A stretch of 58,231 bases of DNA, filler included, from Jimgerdemannia flammicorona (lineage: Eukaryota): the NCBI GenBank assembly GCA_003990765.1. It is 2 parts of 2 records of this genome, joined end to end, with 100 filler letters (N's around TTAATTAATTAA, not from the genome) between each part and the next. Parts side by side here need not be neighbours in the genome. Positions count along the whole stretch, not along the records: positions 29,172 to 58,231 come from RBNJ01000523.1; 1 more part is not named here. One strand, 5' to 3'. The notes beneath the pieces are model-generated. The model ran no database searches. It saw nothing but the letters and a program-made list of their open reading frames with translations, and was not told where the DNA came from. Shown here piece by piece: positions 48,701 through 58,231 of this stretch. The position numbers and the translations under genes are program-made. Positions within the stretch are counted from its first letter, which is position 1; the number at the start of each line of letters is the position of its first letter.

Positions 48701-51700
48701 ATTCTAATCCTATAGCAAAAACTAGTACCAACCACTATTCTGACTGCATAAAGATATATCAGTACATAGTTATATAGAGATATTGGAGGACAGAAGATAA
48801 TAATTCTCATTGATACAGAAGTAGCTATCTGTATTATTGTCAAAAGATTCCTAGACACCCTTCAGTGGTCTATTAAGGGATCATCCAATCTTAGTATTAT
48901 AGTAGCAGATAGAACCTGAACTCAACCCCTTGGAGAAGTATGAAACAATACTATCTCTCTTAGACACATTCAGTTCTATATTCCAAAAGCTATTATAACT
49001 GAAGCCCTTACTTATAACATGATCCTTGGTACCAACTAGATGAAAGAAATAAATACAGTTATTGACATTGGTCAAGAGGTACTCAAATTCGAATACAGAG
49101 GGAGGAAATACTGAATCAAGGTGCCCAGCTATAAGTAATTAAAAAAGAAGAAGAATCTGAAGATAGAACTGATCCCAGACTCAACCCATGAATCAAACTA
49201 GTAGATGACAGACCAGAAACCAATATATAGGTAAAAGATACTAACTTTATTATCATCAGAGCTATTGCAGGATATGTCAGAGGATCCCACCTGTCTAAAA
49301 AGATACAAGTGCTCTGAACATTCCTCTGAGATTATTGGAACAAGTGATTCACCTGAAACAGTCTACTCTAAATGTAGAAAAAGGAAGAAGAAATATAACT
49401 TCTCTCTGAAGACATTAATAACTAAAGCTGTAAAAGTATAAGCAATCTGATATCAAGAATTTCTGATAAAGAAACCCCTGAACAAGAAGTTTCCAAACAG
49501 AAGAAACTCTCTGAACTTATCTCCTAGGATGACTCTCACTAGACACTACTAGAAGATAATGATCTCTAGAATACTGAAGAAGGACTAAGTGTAATTACTA
49601 TTATTTCAAGATACATCAGAAAAGAGCCTTTTGGCTAGAAAGATACCAGTATTAGATAGTATCAAGACTACAGCTATTAGTGCTATTTATTGGATCAGAA
49701 AGTGAGACAAATATACCCTAATCCCGAATTTCTAGTAATTGTTATGCAGACAACTATATATCAAGAAACAACTACTATATTAATAAAATGAGTTCATGGA
49801 AGAGTCCATTATACCCACACAAAGGTACAGCCCTTAGTCACTCTTCTCTCTATCTATAATAAGAAATGTTACTGATTTCTGAGACAATAAGAAGTTGATA
49901 ACCAAAAATAGCACTTATAAGTAATGAGATATTACCTTTATAGAAAATACCTGATCTGTCAAATTAGCAAATATGAGAAGATACAACTCAGCCAAGATTT
50001 TATAGTACATAGACTCAAGAGAGGAGATAACAGAACTAAGATCAGAAAAACTGAGCCAAGAACTCTACCAAAAGGATCTCCAAGATCTATAATCTAAGAA
50101 TATTATAATTCTCATTAGATATACAACTTATCAAGTATAGACTAAAAGATGCTATCAACTATATAAAAACTCTAGACTATACTGGAAGAAGGGGAATTAA
50201 CTATCTCTAAGACTCTTTTACTGAAGACAGATGGCTACAACTTGATTTTAGAGCATAGTAACTCATAATTACAGAAATCTCAGCTCAAGAACATCCTGTC
50301 TTCAGCAAAGACATTGCACAGTATATTCTACTATATTCTGAAGCCAGACCCTCAACAAAAGCCTATAAGGAAGATATAGACTTTGATCTTTGCAGTCTCT
50401 AAGATAATATCATCAGCCCTAGAAGCACTATCCTCTTTAGTATAGAAATTACTGTACAGCTACCCCAAGGAACTTATATTTAACTAACCTCAAGATCTAT
50501 ACTTACAAAATAAGTAATTACTACAGAAGGAGAAATAATGGATTCAGAATTTTCTAGTAAAATCAAGGTCATCTTGAAAACAGCAGTACTGAATAGATTC
50601 AAATCTTCAAAGGAGAGAGAATTTCCCAAGCAATCTTCATGAAGGTTAAAATACCTCAACTTCAGGAGTCCCTGAATTGACCTAAAATACAAGACAGACT
50701 GAAGGATTAAGAAGCTCAGATAAGAGATAAGTATACATAGTACCAATTAGTTTAACTTCTTAAGAACCTTATTCTAGAACCAAGAGAGCACAATACCTTC
50801 GAAATATTTCCACCACTAGACTCCAGGAACTTGTTCTTTGAACCAAATGAAGTTCTTAAGAACCTTGATATGGAATGATATACATTTTCTGATAAGATGA
50901 ACTCTGTTTACTCTCAAGCAATTAACCAAAACTAAGACATTCTGTCAAAAGGAATCATCATAGGCCATCTGGTGCTCTATTTTAATTGAATATACAGAGA
51001 AGTTTAAAACTAAACCTATCAGAAAATGACAAAGGTCTTAGAAGATAGGAAAGACATTTCTGTAACCTGGGAGAAATTAAAGAATTTCACCTATATTGGA
51101 GAATAATTGACCTCTAAATATCAGGAAATATTTACCATAGACTATGGTAACCTACTATATAACCCATAATACCACTATAGCAAAAATACAGAAAATGCAA
51201 TATCTATTCAGCAGAAGTCTTATAGAATATACTATTATCCATAAATATTTGAGAAAGAATATATTTAAGAACTCTTAGATATTAGAGTTATCTAATTCTC
51301 TATCATCCTCTGGACCAGCTCTATACTTATTATACCTAAGAAAGGAGAATAGAGACTCTGTATAGATACAGAAAGCTCAACTTAGTGGCAGAAAAAGATA
51401 GCTATATTTTGCTGAGAAATGATGATCTTCTAGACTAATTATAAGATACTAGATACTTCAGCTATATGAATCTTTTTATAGGATTTCACAAGATCTCCAC
51501 AGATCTCAAAGATATTTAAAATCTATCTTCCTTGCTCCAAGAAAATTGTTTGAATATATGAATACTCTTTAGACTCTACTATTGTGACAAACCAAAATAT
51601 ATCACCTGAATTATAACTTAGTCAGATGATATGAACATATAGCATAGTAACTAGACGGAGCAACCATTGCTGTAGAAAACTATATAAATAGCCAGACTAC

Positions 51701-52754
51701 TGGATAAGGCATACCTGTGCTGAACCAGAACACCTGTGCTGAACCTGCACACCTGTGCTAACCAGCACACCTACTATAGATAGTAATCTATAATTAGCAA
51801 CATAGTAACCAGATAGCAACCATAATGTATAAAATACACTAGAGATAAGAGTGAATAAACCTCAGTCTGAAATGAAGTACAAACCAAACAAGTCTCTTAA
51901 GATTGAGCATTGGTCCCCTTATTCCCACTTCAGTCCACTTTCTGATACAAAGCCTTAGTTCACTTGCCAGAAAAACCTGAAGATTTGCTGCCAAAGTTTA
52001 AGAAAAAACTTCGCTGCCTTTTGAAGAGAAACCTGCATTCCCAGAGAGTCCACTATTCTTGCCACAAGTCAGTCTTCTGATGTAACTTTGCAGAGATTTG
52101 TTTGCACAAATGAAGCCAGTCTCAACATAACTTGCCAAGAACCCAAGTTATTGAGTTATCTACCACCAATTATTATTCCCGGAGAACTCCACTAATTCAG
52201 GAAGAATCTGTGACATCCGAGTTATTTGAGTTATCCAAATTATCTGCATCGTCTGAGTTATTCACCCATTCCCAGTAAGAAGAATCTGCACCAGTACAAT
52301 TCCCATTGAGCCAAAACCAAGTCATCTGCCAATTTGAGTCATCCGCCAAATCTGTATAAGGAATATTGCCAAGATCATTCCGCATAAGGAACCCACCATG
52401 CTACACAGAGATCGTTATACTATATAAAGATTGTCACTCCAGAAATCGCATACTTTTGGAGATCGCCATCACCCAAGAGAGAAAACTACTGAATTGCCAG
52501 ACCATTGCATAAGAATGCCCATGCCACATACACAAAATGGCTGCTCCACCCAGAGAACTGTCCCAATTAGGAAATTGATACACAAATTGCTTGCAGATAT
52601 CCAGCTTTGACTATTATACCTCTAAATACCACAAGGATGTCAGAAATCTTAGAACATTTTGTTGCTTTTTGACAAAGTAACTGGGGGTTCAAGGCAAACA
52701 ACATCAACTCCCCAACCTTGTAATTTGCCTCCATTGAGCCAGGCACATTACATT

Positions 52755-52772
52755 TGGGGGCTCAACTGGGAA
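52755..52772 (+). promoter_or_regulatory. tRNA-Pro-type primer-binding site
   Basis: TGGGGGCTCAACTGGGAA starts 2 nt after the LTR and resembles the canonical tRNA-Pro PBS TGGGGGCTCGTCCGGGAT. Confidence 0.8.
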
Positions 52773-55700
52773 GTTTTCAAATCAATGTGACTTTTCAGCT
52801 TACAAGAACCCACAGTCAAACTGGATACATTTGATACAACACCAATCTCTGCCACCACAGAAGAACCAGTTATCACTAGCATTTAGACAGAAAGAGAAGT
52901 AATCACCTCAAGACTTGCCAATATGCAATATCAGAAGGATCCCAACCAGAACCAAAAGCTAGTATAGCCTGAAATCCCCAATCAGATCAACCAGACAACA
53001 CAGGTGGCCCTGTTAGAGACTTTGAAGAACTTGCCCAAGAATTAGAAGACCTTATCACACAAGCTCGAAATCCTGCAGCCAGTACTCCAGAGAAATCCCA
53101 CCAGTCTCACTCATTGAACCTTTACCACCAGCCCTTGCAGAATTAGAAATAGCTCCTATAAGAATACCTAGGCTCATTCCACTTCATCCAAGGTCCAGAA
53201 CACTATCCTCAAGATATCCAAGCACCCTCCTCTCTAGTAATAGTTCAGAAAGTGAATCAGAGCCAGAATTCAAATCAAAATCTGGACTAGAACAAGAACC
53301 AGTAGAAAGTGATGACAAAATGGCCATCTCACTACCAACCTTTACAGGATATCTAGAGGATGACCCTAGAGAATTCCTTGATAGAATTGAAGAAATTGCC
53401 ATTCTGAGGAATCTCTCAGATGAAAGGAAAATTGCCATCTATAAGACCCAGCTCAGAGAACCAGTCAGAGGAATTTTCCACCAAACAACAAATGAGCCCC
53501 ACTTAGAACTAATAACACAAATACAAGCAGTAGCATCCTATAAGCTAGAATACATAGCCATGGTCCACTGGCTCATCAAAAAGTATGCAGTAAATGAAAC
53601 TCACTACAAAGCTCAAGAATCTATCATGGGGATGAAGATGAATCTTAGAGAATCACCCAGAGCCTTCTTTATAAGAATCCAGAAGAGAATGCATGCAGCT
53701 GGGTTCAATACCACCAACCAAAATATCATAGGTTCAATGATCTTCATGAATGAGATTCCCCTGAATATTGCCCAGCATGTCTGCACCCTAGGTATCAGAA
53801 GGTCTAAAGAGCATGTAGATGCAGCCCAAGGATTCTTTGATATCAGACAAGGAACTACCTGGACTGACCATGACAAGAAGGATGATAAAGAAGACATTCT
53901 GGTCAAAACCCTATAAGAACTCCTTCAAGAACAAGAGAGATCTGAAGAAAGAAGGCCAGTCAAAGAAGAAAAGAAGAACAGAAGTGAAATCCAAGACCTC
54001 AGCTCCAAGTTGGACTGATTGGTTGTACAAATTGATAAACTTACTATATATAGAAATTGGAGTTATCAAGACAACAGAGAATATCTCCCATAAAGGAACC
54101 AAGGTTATCCACCCAGAGATAACAGGATCTATCATAAGAAGAAAGAAGATACCCTGTCTGAGACAGAGCCCAAACCCAATGCTTCCACTATTGATAATTT
54201 GGACACTATGCTACTGAATGTGATAACAAAAGAAGTGACTAAAGGGATTCAGAAGCACCAAATCAAAGGAATGAAACTCAGTATAAGAAGACTGAAGCCC
54301 ATTCTGTTGAAGACTTTGAAGAAGAAAGCAACAGTAAAGACTACAGTGATCTGGACTTGTACCCAGCTAAAGCCACCACTCAAAAGACAGTATTCTCAGC
54401 AGAGAAAAGAAAGAGACCTATAGGAAGACCATCCAGGAATATAAGCAGAAGAATCATCCAAGAAGAAGATGAAGAGCATGAAGAGGAGCAAGTAGAAACA
54501 CCTCTCTGGACTCTCTCACATTTTGTCTCCAAGACAAATGAGTTGTCACCAGAGGATGAAGAAATGGAGCAAGAAGAATGGGAACCTACTGTGTCAAAGC
54601 CCAAGAAGAAGTACACCCTGAAAACCATGTCCAGAGATATCTACAATAAAGCCTGGCAGAAGATTCAAGAAGTCAAGATAGAAGTCCCTCTCCTATAGTT
54701 CCTGTAACTGATACCTACTGGAGTCTAAAAAAAAATTACTGAGGACCACTAGGTCTAGCACCGGCTGGGTCTCAATTCCACAGCAAGAGCCAGCTCCCAT
54801 ACCCATCCAGGCTGCAGAAAGACATGTCAGCACCTACTTACATATAGATATTTGAGGATAAAAGACAAAAATCCTCTTTGCCAAATGATTCCTGGACACC
54901 CTCCAATGGCCAGCAGATGGAGCCCAGACTCAACTCCTTGAAGAAGTACAAAACATCATTATCTCCCTTAGACACATTCAGTTCTCCATCTCAAAAGCTG
55001 TTGTCACCAATGCTGTCATCTATGATATGATCCTTGGCACCAACTGGATGAAGGAAATGAATGCAGTTGTTGATATCAGTCAACAAGTACTTAAGTTTGA
55101 CTACTGAGACAAGAAGTACAGGGTTAAGATAACTAGCTATAAGCAATTAAAGAAGAGGAAGATCACTATCCAGAAGAAATATACTAGTAGTAAAGAGTCT
55201 ATTATAGAAGAGAAAGAGGAATCTGAAGATAGAAATAGTGCCATACTCAATCCCTGAATCAATCTGGTAGATGGCAGGCCAGAAGACAATGTGTGGGCCC
55301 AGAACACTGTCTCTATTACTATTGGAGCCATTGTAGAAGAAATTAAAAGATGCCCCACCTCCCTCAAGAGACACAAGTGACCCAAGTACTCCTCTAAGAT
55401 CATTGTGACAAGGAATTCACCTGGCACAGCCTGCCCTGAGTATAGAAAAAAGAAGATGAAATAGAGACATACTTCAGAAACACCTGCAGCTGAAGCTGTA
55501 GAAGTATATGCAATTTGGGGCCAAGAATCATCCAAGAAAGAAGAAACCCCCAAACAGGAGGTTTCTGAACAAGAAGTACTTGAAGAAGAAGAGGTCCCTG
55601 AACTCATTCTCTGGGATGACCCTCACTGGACACAATCTGAAGATAATGACCCTTGGAATATAGAAGAAGGACCCAGTACAATCCCCATTATTCCCAAGAA

Positions 55701-56434
55701 AGAAACTCACCAAGAAAGGGCTTTTCAGCTAGGAAGATATCTACACCAAATGGTCTTTTACTCTCCCTGAGACTACTGCTATCAGTGCCATCTACTAGAC
55801 CAGTAAGAAAGATAGAGACCTCAAAGGCCAGAAACCTGGGCTATAGTTGTATAGTCAACTACCTTTCAAGAAGTTACCACCAAGTTGTAAAGTCGTTTTA
55901 GAGGATAAGGTCTCTTTACCAGAACAGAAGTATACCCCTTGTCCACTCTTCCCTCAACTTATGACCAAAATGGGTACTGATTTCTGAGACAACAAGAGAT
56001 CAACAACTGGGTATAGTATTTCTGAGCAATGGGATATTGCAATTATGGAAGACACTCAGACTGCTGAGACTGCAGACATCAGAAAATTCACCTCAGTCAT
56101 GATATTGCAATCTACACCTTGAAGAGAGGAGATAACAGAAGCTGGATCCAAAAAAGCCAGACCAAGAAGCCAGAATGAAGGATCCTCAAGATCTATGATT
56201 TAGGAGAAGAAATTATATCTCTCATCAGATATGCAATCCACCAAAGATAGGTAGAAAATGCCACTAACTTCATAGAAGCCCTATACTCTATAGAGAAAAG
56301 AGAAATCAATTATCTCTGAGACCCCCCTACTGGAGCCTGATGGTCACACCTCAACCTCAGAGCCTGGAGGCTCTCTGCTAGTAGAGCTTCAGCCCAGAGA
56401 CAGTCTGAACTCAGTAAGGATATTGCCCAGTATG

Positions 56435-56830
56435 CTCTGCTATATCCCAAGGCCAAACCTCTGACCAAAGCCCACTCAGAAGATATAGGATATGATCTTT
56501 ACAGTCTGGAGGATGAATCCATCAAGTCTGGAAAAACATTCATAATCAGAACTGGACTAGCCATACAGCTACCTCAAGGAACTTACATATAACTAACCTC
56601 AAGGTCAGGACTTGTATGACAAGGGATAACTAAGAAGGAGGAAACATTAATCCAGGATATACAGGTGAAATCAAGGTCATCCTACACAACAGCAGTACAG
56701 AATGATACTGAATCATTAAAGAACAGAAGATTGTCCAAGCAGTCTTCATAAAGATCAAGACTTCACAATTACAAGAAGTTTCCAAACTGACTAAAGGAAC
56801 AAGTCAAGCCAAAGGATTTGGAAGTTCAGA
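56435..56830 (+). pseudogene. dut: dUTPase domain within gypsy C copy 2 pol
   Basis: TKAHSEDIGYDLYS, IRTGLAIQLPQG, TSRSGL, INPGYTGEIKVIL, KIVQAVF, KGFGSSD. Confidence 0.93.
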
Positions 56831-58231
56831 CAAGAAGGAAATATATCTCTTTCAAGTTAACCACCTCAAGAGGAATATTCTCTAGCAAGTATGCCACCAG
56901 CCAGTCAAACTGTACATGAATCTCATTCTGGAGCCTGGAGAGCAAACCACTTTCGAAATGTTTGTACCACCTGACCCCAGAAATCTCTTCTTTGAACCCA
57001 ATGAAGATATCCTACACCTGGACATAGAAGGATACATATTTTCTGACAAGATGAATCCAGTATACTCCTGAGCAATTAACCAAAGTTGGGAGACCATCAT
57101 TTTGCTAAAAGGAACCATCATAGGATATTTGGTTTCCTTCCTCAACCAAACCTATAGAGAAGTTTATGAACTAAACTTATCAGGAAATGGCAAAATGTTT
57201 CAGAAGAAAGAAAAGGCCCCTTTGTGACCCAGGAGACAGTGAAGCCTTCCACCAACATTGGAGAAGAATTAACACCACAGCAATGGCAACAACTAGTAGA
57301 ACTTCTCAACAAATATCAAGATATATTCACCACCAATTATGGCAACCCACTATACAACCCATCATATCACTATAGTATAAATTGATATTTGAAAAGGAGT
57401 ATAATTAAGAACTCTTAAACAATGGAGTCATCTGACCCTCAACCAGTCCCTATACTTATTATACCAAAGAAAGAAGGAAGAAGACTCTGTATAGACTATA
57501 GAAAACTTGACTCAGTCACTGAAAATAATACCTATCCTTTGCCCAAAATCAAAGACCTCTTGGACCAGTTACAAGATGCCAGATACTTCAGCAGTATAGA
57601 TCTCTTTGCAGGATTCCACGAGATATCCATGGACCCAAAAGACATCTAAAGACAACCTTTCTTGCTCTAGAAAAACTGTTTCAGTACCTCCAAATGCCCT
57701 TAGGACTCTGCAATGCACCTCCCACCTTCTAGAGGATGATGAATTTGGTCTATACCCCCCTGATCCACTACTGTCTGATTGTATACATGGATGATTCCAA
57801 CATCTATTCAGCAAATTTCAAGGAATACCTATACTACCTAGAAGAATTCTTCAAGCTCACCTGCAAGAACTACCTGAGACTCAATGCCAAGAAATGCTAT
57901 TTCAGAAAACAGAAACATGAATTCCTTAGATTCATTGTTTCGAAAAAGAAACACATGTGGACTTAAAGAAAATCAAGAAGATCAACAATTGGCCAGTACC
58001 CAAGACCTCAATAGAAACCCTATCATTCCTGATACTAGTATCCTACTACAGAAGGTTTATAAGAACTTTACCCAAATTGCTGCTCCAATCTGAGTTCTCA
58101 AGAAAGAAGTATCTAACAAGTGGACAGAATTACAGGAGAAAACCTTCAAGGAACTCAAGAACTACATGACCATAGCACTAATGTGCCCCAATCTATAGAA
58201 GTCATTTATCTTGTTTTTTTTTTTTTTTTTT

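Larger units (their letters stand above)
40152..51582 (+). mobile_element. Ty3/gypsy family C copy 1 (LTR 40152-40250 + 45957-~46680; gag ~47257; PR ~48780; dUTPase ~50320-50725; RT cut at 51582)
   Basis: Colinear with copy 2 (51583-58231). PR motif ILIDTEVA. The LTR is split by Ngaro copy 2, and RT is interrupted at the GLCNAP motif by copy 2's LTR. Confidence 0.87.
51583..58231 (+). mobile_element. Ty3/gypsy family C copy 2 (LTR 51583-52752, gag, PR, accessory region, dUTPase, RT), cut by contig end
   Basis: TGTGAC...ATTACA LTR; gag ORF 53320-53916 (LPTFTGYLEDDPREFL); RT RLCIDYRKLD, IDLFAGFHEI, VYMDDSNIYS. Confidence 0.93.

Overview
Eukaryotic, repeat-dense DNA, most likely fungal. An early-diverging lineage such as Mucoromycota is my guess from the TE repertoire and the NLRC3/RNI-type LRR gene; the sequence does not prove it. 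The window is almost certainly two unrelated ~29-kb contigs (1-29071 and 29172-58231) joined by an artificial 100-bp N/TTAATTAATTAA linker. I see no intact host gene. Most of the window is nested, decayed retroelements: two Ty1/copia copies, four dUTPase-carrying Ty3/gypsy copies from three families (A, B, C), a 2-kb solo LTR with a perfect 5-bp TSD, several LTR fragments, an L1/Tx1-like LINE with an internal inversion, and two full-length Ngaro-type tyrosine-recombinase retrotransposons with A1..B1A2B2 split direct repeats. These repeats show heavy C->T decay at both CpG and CpA. One ~9-kb CpG-retaining island (about 13.2-22.0 kb) holds an LRR pseudogene, an alpha/beta-hydrolase pseudogene and a DIRS/Ngaro remnant. 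The most interesting observations are four. (1) Two different LTR families carry a promoter plus a ~280-360-codon orphan ORF inside U3; for family A the two LTR copies complement each other's stops. (2) In gypsy families A and B the integrase is a separate ORF, coupled to RNase H by a conserved ATGAATAA overlap. (3) A GxCxH...CxxC motif plus dUTPase sits between protease and RT in all three gypsy families. (4) The Ngaro 3' region contains a repeat/spacer array. Domain boundaries were read by eye and are approximate.
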